64,000 nt of DNA from Pseudomonadota bacterium (GCA_018261895.1 JAGTRT010000005.1:18353-82352), one strand, 5' to 3'; positions 50,213 through 60,426 are shown, counted from the stretch's first letter. Program-made: numbers and translations. Notes: generated from the letters alone by a model not told the origin.

Positions 50213-51525
50213 TTTTCCTCCTGGCGAATGTAAGGCGTCATCATCATCTGTTCCGTTTGTTCCATTTTGACCAATTGACTGATGATTTCTGCCGTCAGTG
50301 CCGTGCCCCTGGCCAGCAGCAAATAACCGTCACGGTGCATGAAGTCGCGGCTGAGCACCATGCCTGGCTTCAGATGCATGGTTCGGAGCGGCACCTCGGT
50401 CATGCCGGTCTTGACGGTCTCGGCGAGAAGGGTGGCAAAGGCGTCGACGACAACGGGGTCGTAGCGCTTGCCCCGGTTTTCAATCAGGAAATTGAGCGCC
50501 TCTGCCTGTTTCAGCGGGCGCTGCGCCAGGGTGCCGATGAGCAAGGAGTCATATTCGTTGACGGCTTGCAGGATGCGGCTGCCCTGGGGAATGGCAATGC
50601 CGGCCAGGCGGTCCGGGTAGCCGGTGCCGTCATAGCACTCGTGGTGATGACGCACCAGAATGGCTGCCTCCTTGAGGCGCTCAATGCCCATCAGGATGTT
50701 CTGGCCGATGGCGGGGTGCTTCATGACCATGGCCCGTTGTTCCGGCGTCAGGGAATTGAAGGGCTTGGTCAGCAGTTCGTCGGGGAGGCCGAGTTTGCCG
50801 ATGTCGTGAAGCAGACCGGCCAACATGACGTTCTGCGCTTCGGTGTCGGGCAACTGCAGACGCTGGGCGACACTGCGCGCATGTTCCGCTACCCGCCGGC
50901 CATGACCGGACATCTGGCTGCCAACCGGACCGCTGCGCAGTTCGACCAGCCCGGCGAAAACCTGAACACTGGTCAGGAAGGCCTTTTTGAGTTCGTTGTG
51001 CGATTGCTCGACAAAAGTCAGGGCCTGGCGCAATTCGGCGGTACGGTCCGCTACCTTTTGCTCCAGGCTGGCGTTCAACTCCTTCAGTTGCTCGTTCTGG
51101 GCCTGAGTCAGCGAGGTCAGGCGCAGGTTTTCGCGCTTCAGACTCTGGTGCTCGATGGCCTCCGCGACAATCGTGAGAATCTCGTTGTCATCCCACGGTT
51201 TCGAGACGTAGCGGTAGATTTCGCCATGATTGATGGCGGCAACGGTCGAGGTGATGTCGGCGTAACCCGTGAGCAGAATGCGCATCACATTCGGCCAGCG
51301 GTCACGGACTGCCTTGAGGAAGGTCGCGCCATCCATTTCCGGCATGCGCATGTCGGAAATGACCAGATCGATTTCTTCCTTCTCCAGAATCTCCAGCCCT
51401 GCAGCACCACCTTCCGCGATGAAAATGCGGTAGCCACGCGGCCGGAACAGGCGGCGCAGGGCTGAGAGAATCCCCGGCTCGTCATCGACGAAGAGCAGGG
51501 TGGCGGGGGTGATTTCCTCGCTCAT
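50209..51525 (-). CDS. REC-HD-GYP c-di-GMP phosphodiesterase
   Basis: REC domain, HDIGK, HHECYDGTGYP. Confidence 0.9.
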   Translation of the reverse strand: MSEEITPATLLFVDDEPGILSALRRLFRPRGYRIFIAEGGAAGLEILEKEEIDLVISDMRMPEMDGATFLKAVRDRWPNVMRILLTGYADITSTVAAINHGEIYRYVSKPWDDNEILTIVAEAIEHQSLKRENLRLTSLTQAQNEQLKELNASLEQKVADRTAELRQALTFVEQSHNELKKAFLTSVQVFAGLVELRSGPVGSQMSGHGRRVAEHARSVAQRLQLPDTEAQNVMLAGLLHDIGKLGLPDELLTKPFNSLTPEQRAMVMKHPAIGQNILMGIERLKEAAILVRHHHECYDGTGYPDRLAGIAIPQGSRILQAVNEYDSLLIGTLAQRPLKQAEALNFLIENRGKRYDPVVVDAFATLLAETVKTGMTEVPLRTMHLKPGMVLSRDFMHRDGYLLLARGTALTAEIISQLVKMEQTEQMMMTPYIRQEEK

Positions 51526-54500
51526 GGTGAGGTCTCCGAATTATTTGCATCAGTGATGTGTTTGGGATTGACCGGCAGAAGCAGCCGGAAGGTCGTGCCT
51601 TCGCCCACGACGCTTTCCACCTCGATTCGGCCACTGTGTCGTTTGACGATGCCGTACGAAAGCGACAGGCCCAGCCCGGTTCCCTTGCCGACCGGCTTGG
51701 TCGTGAAGAAGGGATCGAATATCCGGTTGATGTGCTCCGGGGCAATGCCCTGACCCGTGTCGCTGATTTCGACACAAACGGTATCGTCATCGCGCAGGCT
51801 GGTCCGGATCGTGATGGTGCCCTGCGTCTGTATGGCGTGGCCGGCATTGACCAGCAGGTTCATGAAAACCTGGTTCAGCTGTGAAATCAGGCAGAAGATG
51901 TGGGGGATATCGCCGTATTCCTTGACCACCTTGGCCTTGTACTTCAGCTCGTTCCAGACAATGTTCAGGGTCGAGTCGATGCCTTGGTGCAGGTCGGCTT
52001 CCTGCCATTCCTGCTCGCCGACACGGGAAAAGTTCTTGAGATCCTGAACGATCTTGCGCACCCGTCCAAGTCCATCCTTCGATTCGGCAAGGAGGCTGAA
52101 GATGTCGCCTTTCAGGAATTCGAAATCATGTTGCTCGGCAATCTTCCGGATTTCGGTGGCGCCTGCTTCTGGCTCGCCAGCCTGCAGGATCAGCCGTTCG
52201 TAAGCGGCGACGATTGCCATCAGGTCCCGTACATAGCCATCGAGTGTGCCCAGATTCGAGTGAACGAAACCGATCGGGTTGTTCAGTTCGTGGGCGACGC
52301 CGGCGGCCAACTGGCCAATTGACGCCATTTTTTCCGATTGCATGAGCTGGTTGTTGGCATCCTCCAGACGCTTGTTGAGCTTTTTCTGTTGCGCCAGGGT
52401 TTCACTCAGGATGAGTTGCTGCTTGCGGCGTTCGGTGATGTCGGTGAGTACACCGTCGTAGAAAAGCGGCTTGTCGTCGCTGTCGCGGACTACGATGGTG
52501 CGGTCGACAACCCAGATCACGTCGCCGTTTGCAGTCAATAGACGGTATTCCTGCTCGTAACCCTCGGCGCCAGCGTTATCGTGATGGCTCACCTTGTCGG
52601 CAATGTGCTTCCTGTCTTCGGGGTGAATCAGCCTGGCGAATGGCGTCGCGCCGCTCTTGAGGTCGTCCGCTTTGTAACCCCACTGCGCGACGTTTTCGGA
52701 GACGAATATGACGGGCCAGCCCTCGCTGGCTTCCCAGCGGAAACAAACGACCGGGCTGGCATTAACGACCTGCATGGCGAGGCGAAGCGCCTTTTCGGAA
52801 CGCTGGCGACGGACGATGCGCCAGGTCTCACTGCCGACCAGTTGAACGGTTTCGACATCGAATTCGGTGTAATCGACCGTCTTGTTGCCGACACCGGTCA
52901 TCATGCGCACCACGCCTTCTTCCATGACCGGAATGCTGAGCAGTCGGGACAGGGCAGAATGCCCCGGAGGTAGTCCTTTTTTGTTGTTCGCTGCCGCGTA
53001 GTCGTTGACGACAATGGGCTTCTTCTGCCTTGCTGCTTCCGCCCAGAGTCCTGCTTCGGAAATCGGGTAGTGATTGTCGAAGGCTGCGGTGCAGTAATTT
53101 TGCAAGGTGCTGTGCGACCAGGCGACCAGTTCGATGGTGACACCGTCTTCATTCACGAAATGCATGAAACTGATCAGGCTTTCCGTCAACGCTTCGGCCT
53201 GTTCCAGGGCATATTGCATGAATGCCTTTTCGGAGAGCTCCTCTGCCTTCATCGGAAGCTCGAGCAGGACCGCGGACCGGCGAGCCTGCAGGGCCAGCCG
53301 GATTTCGTTTTGCCGTCGCTCCGTGACGTCAATGGTGATTCCGCCGATATCCGCCTGGCCATCGTCGCGCGGGATGACGAACTTGGTGCTTTCGTAAATG
53401 CGGCCATCGAGAATGTCTTCGATCCGCTCGGTCTGGCCGCTGGCTAATACCCGGGCATCGTCGGCGACGATCTTTTCGCCGAATTCGCCGGGAAACACTT
53501 CAATCGAGCGGCGACCAACGAGCTGGTTCGGATCCATGCCGAACAGCTCGATGAAACCCTTGCTGGCGAGAAGGATCTGCGAATCGGCCGATTTGATATA
53601 CGCGGTACCGGGCAGGTGGTCGATGAAGCGTTGCAAGGTGTTGACCGACGAACTCCATTCGTTCTCGGCAAGCACCCAGTTGCTGATGTCTTCGATAATC
53701 AGGACGAGAAAGTCGACCTTCCCGCCCGCTTTGCGGATGGCCCGGGCGGAGAGTGTCGTATGAATGACCGAACCATCTTTGCCGATGAAGCGTTTTTCCA
53801 TGGAGTAGCCGTCGCTTTTGCCCTCCAGGACGGCGTCGAGTTTCCGGGTGTCCGCTTCCCGGTCATCGGGGTGCGTGAGTTCGGACCATGTCGCGCGAAG
53901 CAGCATGTCTGCGCCGTAACCCAGGATGCGACAGAGCGCCGGGTTGACGGAAAGCAGGACCTTGTCGGGCGAGAGGGTGGCAATGCCCACCATGGCGTAG
54001 TCGAAGATGGCGCGGAATCTTTCCTGCCCTTCCTTTTCGCGCTGACGAGCGGTCAGCAGTGCATGGATGATGAAAGCGGCGAGCAGAATCAGAGCGAGGG
54101 CGAACAACCAAGTCCCGTTTCCACCGGTCTGGGTCAGTGCGGCGAGCTTTTGCGGATCGATGTGGGAGACCGCCACCCAGCGATAAGTTTCCGCACTCGA
54201 ATCACTTGGGACGTGATGGTCATGCAATGACGGATTCAGCGGATGCACGCTTTCGTATGTCCATAAGCCGTGCTCGTCTTCGAATTGCCCCTTGTGTTCC
54301 TTCATGCGCGCCCAGCTTGCCGGAAAGCGCGCTGCCAGCGTGCGTGTCGGGTCGTTGTACATGAAGCCCCACTCGTCATTGGGGTCTGAAGCATGGAGCC
54401 AGTATCCCTCGGCATTCAGCAGGGAGATGTGCCCTTGTCCGCTACTCCCGAGTTCGATGAATCGATCGATCATCGTTTTCCCGAGGTAGTCGATCAAGAC

Positions 54501-55076
54501 CACGCCTCGTTTTTCGCCAGCATTGTCGGCAACGGGCATGGCCAGCCGGAGTAGGGGTTTGCGCGGCTCCTCTATCTTGCCGCCGCGAACGTTCAAGTCG
54601 AGCGGCGAGACATAAATGGTGTGGGCATCCTGCCGCATGGCTCCCGTGAAATAATAGGACTGCCCCTGGTTTTCCAGCGCCTGCCGCGACAAGAGCCTGG
54701 GCCCCACATCGGACATGACGACGGAAACGATCTCCTGGCCACTGCTGTCAATCCAGCGGATTTGGTTGTAGACCTTCTTGGCCCTGAGCAGGCTCTGGAA
54801 GTTGGTTTCCACCCTTTCGATTTCCGGTGAATTTGGGTCGTTCACCAGCTTTTTCATGGCAAAGTGATCGGTGATGAAGTGAAGATCACCAAAGATCGAA
54901 TCGATATGCCGGACCAGCGATGAACTGGCCAGGCTGACGTTGAGCACTTCGTCGCTCTTGATCAAGGCAAGCCGACTGTCGTGCTCGCTATGCTCGTAGA
55001 ACCAAGTCAGCGCCACGATCAGCAAGGCAACCGGCAGGAAGCGACTGAGAAAAAGTGGCGGCATGCTGAAGCGCAT
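51522..55076 (-). CDS. Multi-sensor histidine kinase (periplasmic Cache-like, PAS, PAS, GAF, PAS, HisKA-HATPase)
   Basis: Two TM helices flanking a periplasmic domain, HPDD/HPED PAS motifs, AHELNNP, FFTTKPVGKGTGLGL. Confidence 0.88.
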   Translation of the reverse strand: MRFSMPPLFLSRFLPVALLIVALTWFYEHSEHDSRLALIKSDEVLNVSLASSSLVRHIDSIFGDLHFITDHFAMKKLVNDPNSPEIERVETNFQSLLRAKKVYNQIRWIDSSGQEIVSVVMSDVGPRLLSRQALENQGQSYYFTGAMRQDAHTIYVSPLDLNVRGGKIEEPRKPLLRLAMPVADNAGEKRGVVLIDYLGKTMIDRFIELGSSGQGHISLLNAEGYWLHASDPNDEWGFMYNDPTRTLAARFPASWARMKEHKGQFEDEHGLWTYESVHPLNPSLHDHHVPSDSSAETYRWVAVSHIDPQKLAALTQTGGNGTWLFALALILLAAFIIHALLTARQREKEGQERFRAIFDYAMVGIATLSPDKVLLSVNPALCRILGYGADMLLRATWSELTHPDDREADTRKLDAVLEGKSDGYSMEKRFIGKDGSVIHTTLSARAIRKAGGKVDFLVLIIEDISNWVLAENEWSSSVNTLQRFIDHLPGTAYIKSADSQILLASKGFIELFGMDPNQLVGRRSIEVFPGEFGEKIVADDARVLASGQTERIEDILDGRIYESTKFVIPRDDGQADIGGITIDVTERRQNEIRLALQARRSAVLLELPMKAEELSEKAFMQYALEQAEALTESLISFMHFVNEDGVTIELVAWSHSTLQNYCTAAFDNHYPISEAGLWAEAARQKKPIVVNDYAAANNKKGLPPGHSALSRLLSIPVMEEGVVRMMTGVGNKTVDYTEFDVETVQLVGSETWRIVRRQRSEKALRLAMQVVNASPVVCFRWEASEGWPVIFVSENVAQWGYKADDLKSGATPFARLIHPEDRKHIADKVSHHDNAGAEGYEQEYRLLTANGDVIWVVDRTIVVRDSDDKPLFYDGVLTDITERRKQQLILSETLAQQKKLNKRLEDANNQLMQSEKMASIGQLAAGVAHELNNPIGFVHSNLGTLDGYVRDLMAIVAAYERLILQAGEPEAGATEIRKIAEQHDFEFLKGDIFSLLAESKDGLGRVRKIVQDLKNFSRVGEQEWQEADLHQGIDSTLNIVWNELKYKAKVVKEYGDIPHIFCLISQLNQVFMNLLVNAGHAIQTQGTITIRTSLRDDDTVCVEISDTGQGIAPEHINRIFDPFFTTKPVGKGTGLGLSLSYGIVKRHSGRIEVESVVGEGTTFRLLLPVNPKHITDANNSETSP

Positions 55077-55078
55077 GA

Positions 55079-58000
55079 TCAGTCCTTGACCATGCGAAAC
55101 GCTTCGCGAATCTGCTCGCGCAGGACATCATCGTCCCAGGGCTTGGTCAGGAACTTGTAGATGGCCCCGTGGTTGATGGCGCCCGTAACCGAGTCGAGAT
55201 CGGTGTAGCCGGTGAGGACGATGCGGATGGTGTCCGGGTAGAGCTGGCGGACGCGCGAGAAGAATTCGGTTCCCGACATGTCGGGCATGCGCTGGTCGGA
55301 GAGGATGACCTGCACGGGCTGTTTGGCGAGGTGCTCGAAGGCTTCGGCTGGCGTGCTGGCGGTCAGGATGTTGAATCCTTCCCGGCGCAGCAGGCGCGAG
55401 AGCGCAGCCAGGATGTTGGGCTCATCATCGACGATCAGCAGGGTATGGCCTTTTTCCGGGGCATGGTCGGTGAGCAGGAGTCGCTTTCTGCAGGTCAGCA
55501 GCACCTCGAATTCGTCGGCGGGCACCGGGCGGCTGAACAGATATCCCTGCATGGCGTCGCAGCGCCGACCGCGCAAGAAGCTGGCCTGGGCTTCGGTTTC
55601 GACCCCCTCGGCGAGCACCGACAGGTTGAGGCTGCGGGCCATGACGATCGCGGCCGTGGCGATGGCGGCGTTAACCGGGTTTTCGGTAATGTCGCGGACA
55701 AAGCTCTGGTCGATCTTGATCTTGTCGAAGGGGAAGCGGGAGATGTAGCCGAGCGATGAATAGCCGGTGCCGAAGTCGTCGAGCGATATCTTGATGCCCA
55801 GCGCCTTGAGCGCCCGGCATTGCACAATGGCTTCATCGAGTTCGTCGATGAGCGAACTTTCGGTGATTTCGAGTTCGAGCGCATTGGCCGGCAGGCCGGT
55901 TTCCGCGAGGCAATTGCTGACCAGCCCGGCCAGATTGGTCTGGCGGAACTGGCGGGGTGAGAGATTGACGGCGATGCGCAGGTTGGCGAAGCCCAGATCG
56001 ATCCACTGCCGTGTCTGCTGGCAGGCGGTGCGCAAAACCCATTCGCCGATGGGCAGGATCAGCCCCGTTTCTTCGGCGATGGGGATGAATTCGGCGGGCG
56101 AAATCGAGCCAAATTCGGGGCTGTTCCAGCGTGCCAGGGCCTCCATGCCGATGAGGTTGCCGCTGCCGAGGCTGATCTGCGGCTGGTAATAGACCGCCAG
56201 TTCATTCCGTTGCAGGGCCTGGCGCAAGGCGACTTCGAGTCCCAGGCGGCGGGCGGCGTCGGCGTCCATTTCCGGGGAATAGAAGCGGAAGTTGTTGAGC
56301 CCGCTCTTCTTGGCGCGGAGCAGTGCGGCGTCGGCGCATTTGAGCAAGGCGTCGGTATCGTCGCCATTGCGCGGCGCCACGCTGACGCCGATGCAGGCGG
56401 TCAGTGAAATCGAGTGTCCGTCGATTTCGAAAGGCGCGGCGATGGCGTCGAGCATGCGTTTGGCCAGTGCGATGGTGTCGCGCTCATGGCTCAGGTTGGC
56501 CATCACGAAGCCGAATTCGTTGCCCGACAGGCGGCCGATGGTGTCGCCGTCGCGCACCTGCAGGTTGAGGCGGCGCGCCACTTCGATCAGGATGCCGTCG
56601 CCGACGGGTGGCCCCAGGGTGTCGTTGATCAGCCGGAAGCGGTCAAGGTCGAGCAGGATGACGGCCGTTTCGCGATCGAAGCGTTGCGCGCTGATCAGCG
56701 ATTGGCCAAGGCGGTCGACGAACAGGCTGCGGTTGGGCAAGTTGGTCAGCGGATCGAAGCTGGACAGGTACTGGATGCGTTCGGCTGCCGCATGACGTTC
56801 CGACAGGTCGCTGAACAGGCCGACATAGTTGGTCAGGCGCCCGTTGGCGTCATGCACGGCCGAGATGCTGAGCCATTCGGAAACGAGTTCGCCGTCCTTG
56901 CGCCGATTGACGATCTCGCCTTGCCAGTTGCCGTGGCGCGCGATGGCGGACCACATGTCGCGGTAGAACTCGCTGCCATGCATGCCGGAGCGGAGCAGCC
57001 TGGGATTGTTGCCGAAAGCCTCGCTGGCGCTGTAGCCGGTGACTTTCGAGAAGGCCTCGTTGGTGAGCAGGATCTTGCCGTTGGGGTCGGTGATGCACAC
57101 CCCGTCACTGATGCCGGTGAAGACGACCGACGACAGGCGCCGCTCGGCTTCGTCTGCTTTGCGCTGGCTGATGTCGGCCATGGTGCCGAGAATGAGCGTG
57201 GGTTTGCCTTGGTCGTTCCGGCGCAGGATGCGGCCGCGCAGTTCCATCCACACCCAGCGGCCATCGACATGGCGCATGCGGACCTCATCGACATGGATTT
57301 CGTCGCTGCGGCCGGCGGGAACGTCGAGGCGCAAGGCCATCAAGCTGCGCTCTTCCGGATGGACCAGTTCCAGGCAGGCCTCCATCGTCGCCGGGCCTTC
57401 GCTCAGGCCGAGGATTTGGCAGAGGCTGGGGCTCCAGCGGAGAAGCCCGGGTTCGCTCTCGTATTCCCAGATGCCGAAGCCGGAGGTGCTCAGCGCCAGT
57501 TGCAGGCGGGTTTCGAGCAGGGCGTTTTCGGCGATCCGGCGGGTCACTTCCTGTTCCAGCCAGGCCTTTTGCCCGGACAGGATGTCGCGGGTGCGTTTCA
57601 GTTCCAGCTGCGCCTTGACGCGGACGCCGAGGATGGCTGGATTGATCGGCTTGGTCATGTAATCGACGGCGCCTTCCGCTATGCCCTGCTCCTCGTTCTC
57701 GGGCGAGGTGAGCGCGGTGACGAAGATGACCGGAATGTCGCGCGTTTCGGCGTCGGCACGCAAGGCCCGGAGGACGTCGTGGCCATCCATGTCGGGCATC
57801 ATCACGTCGAGCAGGATGAGGTCGGGGCGGGGCCGCTGGTTGACGCATTGCAGGGCGAGCCGGCCGCTCGTGGCCTCCCGGACCTCGACGCCAAGGTCCT
57901 TGACCATTTCCGCGAGGATGCAAAGGTTGTCGACCGAATCGTCCACGATCAGGACGACGGGTTTGTTATCTCCCTTGGCCTTGTTGTCCGGGTGAGTCAT
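55079..58000 (-). CDS. REC-PAS-PAS-GGDEF(degenerate)-EAL-REC protein
   Basis: Two REC domains, DPLTNLPNR, SGNEF in place of GGDEF, intact EAL and DDFGTGYSS. Confidence 0.9.
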   Translation of the reverse strand: MTHPDNKAKGDNKPVVLIVDDSVDNLCILAEMVKDLGVEVREATSGRLALQCVNQRPRPDLILLDVMMPDMDGHDVLRALRADAETRDIPVIFVTALTSPENEEQGIAEGAVDYMTKPINPAILGVRVKAQLELKRTRDILSGQKAWLEQEVTRRIAENALLETRLQLALSTSGFGIWEYESEPGLLRWSPSLCQILGLSEGPATMEACLELVHPEERSLMALRLDVPAGRSDEIHVDEVRMRHVDGRWVWMELRGRILRRNDQGKPTLILGTMADISQRKADEAERRLSSVVFTGISDGVCITDPNGKILLTNEAFSKVTGYSASEAFGNNPRLLRSGMHGSEFYRDMWSAIARHGNWQGEIVNRRKDGELVSEWLSISAVHDANGRLTNYVGLFSDLSERHAAAERIQYLSSFDPLTNLPNRSLFVDRLGQSLISAQRFDRETAVILLDLDRFRLINDTLGPPVGDGILIEVARRLNLQVRDGDTIGRLSGNEFGFVMANLSHERDTIALAKRMLDAIAAPFEIDGHSISLTACIGVSVAPRNGDDTDALLKCADAALLRAKKSGLNNFRFYSPEMDADAARRLGLEVALRQALQRNELAVYYQPQISLGSGNLIGMEALARWNSPEFGSISPAEFIPIAEETGLILPIGEWVLRTACQQTRQWIDLGFANLRIAVNLSPRQFRQTNLAGLVSNCLAETGLPANALELEITESSLIDELDEAIVQCRALKALGIKISLDDFGTGYSSLGYISRFPFDKIKIDQSFVRDITENPVNAAIATAAIVMARSLNLSVLAEGVETEAQASFLRGRRCDAMQGYLFSRPVPADEFEVLLTCRKRLLLTDHAPEKGHTLLIVDDEPNILAALSRLLRREGFNILTASTPAEAFEHLAKQPVQVILSDQRMPDMSGTEFFSRVRQLYPDTIRIVLTGYTDLDSVTGAINHGAIYKFLTKPWDDDVLREQIREAFRMVKD

Positions 58001-58155
58001 CCTGCATGTTCTCCACGCATCTTGTCTGCCACCGCCAGTCTCCCTCGTCCGGCGTGCCCAGACAAGGCGCGCCGCCGCTTTTTTGGATGAGCTATTTTAG
58101 GTTATATCACTTTTGTTTTTTTTAAATTTTTGCTCATCGGCGATCAACCGGCGCC

Positions 58156-58434
58156 TCAGGTCAGCCCTGCCTCGTAGGCTGCGAGCGTGACCCCCGCGTG
58201 GGCCAGCAGTTCGCGGATGGCCTTGATGTCCGTCCGGCTGCAGGTGCTGCTGTTGTGCGGATGGTGCAGGAAGGCCTCGTGCTTGTTCAAGGTGATCTTG
58301 AAGCGCGCGCCGTGGGCCGGCTCGATGTCGGCGCCGAGGTGGTTGAGCAGCGATTCGATTTCCCGCCAGTGGATGTTGGCCGAGGGTGGGTCCTGGAAGA
58401 TGCTGCGCATCAGGTGAGCGTGCTTGTGACTCAT
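58156..58434 (-). CDS. HicA-family-like small protein
   Basis: IF..P.SANIHWREIESLL..LGA...G.R...HHPH. Confidence 0.65.
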   Translation of the reverse strand: MSHKHAHLMRSIFQDPPSANIHWREIESLLNHLGADIEPAHGARFKITLNKHEAFLHHPHNSSTCSRTDIKAIRELLAHAGVTLAAYEAGLT

Positions 58435-58489
58435 GATGAAGCTCCAAGCGTTGGGAACTTCATTATTCTATGCCTCCGGGGCGGCGGCG

Positions 58490-58975
58490 TCAGGCAATAA
58501 CGACTTTGATGAGGGCCAGCATGAGCAGGGTGTAGCCGGCGGCGACGAGGTCGTCGGCCATGACACCGAAGCCGTTCTTCACGTGCTCGTCGAAATAGCG
58601 GGCCGGTTGCGGCTTGGTGATGTCGAAGAAGCGGAACAGCGCAAAGGCCGTGAGCTGCCAGAGGAAAGTCGGCGGCGTCATCATGAGGACCAGCCAGAAC
58701 GGCACGATTTCGTCCCAGACGATGCTGCCGTGGTCCGGGTCGCCCAGGCCGCGCCCGGTGACGTTGATGAACCAGATGCCGCCGAGGTATCCCACGGTCA
58801 ACAGGAAAAAAAGCCCAAAATCAGAAAAATGGTGATGGAACAGCGCGAACATTGCCCACGCGAACAGCGTGCCGAAGGTGCCCGGCGCCTTCGGCGCCAG
58901 CCCGCTGCCGCAGCCCAGCGCGAAAAAATGCGCCGGGTGGGCGATCAGGAAATTGAGGTCAGGACGCTTGGCCAA
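58490..58975 (-). CDS. pgpA: Phosphatidylglycerophosphatase A
   Basis: GSGLAPKAPGTFGT, IVWDE, FRFFDITKP, GVMADD; TTG start overlaps the end of thiL. Confidence 0.92.
   Translation of the reverse strand: MAKRPDLNFLIAHPAHFFALGCGSGLAPKAPGTFGTLFAWAMFALFHHHFSDFGLFFLLTVGYLGGIWFINVTGRGLGDPDHGSIVWDEIVPFWLVLMMTPPTFLWQLTAFALFRFFDITKPQPARYFDEHVKNGFGVMADDLVAAGYTLLMLALIKVVIA
58794..58827 (+). repeat. Dispersed 34-bp motif, copy 7 (inside pgpA, antisense)
   Basis: ACGGTCAACAGG AAAAAA AGCCC AAAATC AGAAA. Confidence 0.82.
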
Positions 58976-59936
58976 AGTGGTCGTATCCCTTGCGGCCGAA
59001 TTCGACGGGCTTGCCGTCCGGGTCGAGCACCGTGACCTCGCCGCCCAGGCCGGCCACCATTTCGCCGATGCACCAGAGCGGCAATTCCAGCGTTGCCGCG
59101 ATCTGCGCGATGGCGAGGCTTTGCGTGCCGGGGGCGGTGAAGCACAGCTCGTAGTCATCGCCGCCGGTGAGCTGGCATTCGAGGGCGATGCGGCGGAGGT
59201 CGGCGTCGTAGCTCTCGCCCTTGGGCAAATGCGGCAGCTGGACGAGCTTGACGGCGGCGGCGCAGCCCGAGCGTTCAGCGATGTGGCCGAGGTCGGCCAG
59301 GAGGCCGTCGGAAACGTCGATGGCGGCGCTGGCGATGCCGTTCAGCGCGAGGCCGAGGGCGATGCGCGGGCGGGGTTTTTCGAGGGCGCCGACGCACAGG
59401 CGGGGCCACGGTTCGGGCAGTTTGACCTTGTCCTGCAGGTGGGCGAGGCCGAGGCTGGCCAGCCCCGGACGGCCGGAAACCCAGATCTGGTCGCCGGGCT
59501 GGGCGCCGTCGCGACGCAGGGCGCGGCCCGGTTCGACTTCGCCCATGGCCGTGATGCAAACGTTGAGCGGCCCTTTCGTGGTGTCGCCGCCAATGACGTC
59601 GACGCCGTATTCGGCGGCACAGGCGAAGAAGCCGTCGGCGAAGGCGGCGATCCAGGCTTCATCGACGGCCGGCAAGGCACCGGCCAGCGTGACCCAGCGC
59701 GGCTGGGCACCCATCGCGGCGAGATCGGACAGATTGACGGCCAGTGCCTTCCAGCCGAGGTTCTTCGGATTGGTGTCGGGCAGGAAATGCGTGCCGGCGA
59801 CCAGCATGTCGGTGGTCACCGCCAGCTGCTTGCCGGGGGTCGGCGCGACCACCGCGCAGTCGTCGCCGGGGCCGAGAACGGCCGATGGGGTGGGCCGGGC
59901 GAAATATTTGCTGATCAGGTCGAATTCGCCCGGCAT
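58959..59936 (-). CDS. thiL: Thiamine-monophosphate kinase
   Basis: GEFDLI, GDDCA, NLSDLAAMGA, GGDT, DVSDGL, GDDYEL. Confidence 0.95.
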   Translation of the reverse strand: MPGEFDLISKYFARPTPSAVLGPGDDCAVVAPTPGKQLAVTTDMLVAGTHFLPDTNPKNLGWKALAVNLSDLAAMGAQPRWVTLAGALPAVDEAWIAAFADGFFACAAEYGVDVIGGDTTKGPLNVCITAMGEVEPGRALRRDGAQPGDQIWVSGRPGLASLGLAHLQDKVKLPEPWPRLCVGALEKPRPRIALGLALNGIASAAIDVSDGLLADLGHIAERSGCAAAVKLVQLPHLPKGESYDADLRRIALECQLTGGDDYELCFTAPGTQSLAIAQIAATLELPLWCIGEMVAGLGGEVTVLDPDGKPVEFGRKGYDHFGQAS

Positions 59937-59940
59937 GAGG

Positions 59941-60426
59941 CTACTTCTGCTTGCGCGCGGCAACCTCGCCGGGACGGATGACCGCCGCGACCTTGTCGAG
60001 CACGCCATTGACGTACTTGTGGCCGTCCGTGCCGCCAAAGGACTTGGTCAGCTCGATGGCCTCGTTGATGATGACGCGGTACGGGGTTTCGGGATAGTTG
60101 ATCATCTCGAAGCTGCCGAGCATGAGGATGCAGGCTTCGACCGGCGACAGTTCGGCGAACGGGCGGTCGATGTGCTGCGAGATGCGTTCGATGAGCGCCT
60201 CGCTCTGGCCCATGGCGCCACGCAGCGTGCCGACGAAGAATTCGCGGTCGGCCTTGGCAAAGCCCTCCATTTCCGGGGCGTAGGCTTCGATGGCGGCCTC
60301 GTCGGCGCCGCCGACGCGCCACTGGTAAAGGCCTTGCAGCACGAATTCACGAGCCCGACGGCGGGCCGACTTGGGCGGTGCCTTGACGTCGTGGGGATGT
60401 TCGCTGTCGCTGAGGAAGGTGGTCAT
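59941..60426 (-). CDS. nusB: Transcription antitermination factor NusB
   Basis: RRRARE..LQGLYQ, INEAIEL.K.FG...KYVNGVLD. Confidence 0.95.
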   Translation of the reverse strand: MTTFLSDSEHPHDVKAPPKSARRRAREFVLQGLYQWRVGGADEAAIEAYAPEMEGFAKADREFFVGTLRGAMGQSEALIERISQHIDRPFAELSPVEACILMLGSFEMINYPETPYRVIINEAIELTKSFGGTDGHKYVNGVLDKVAAVIRPGEVAARKQK

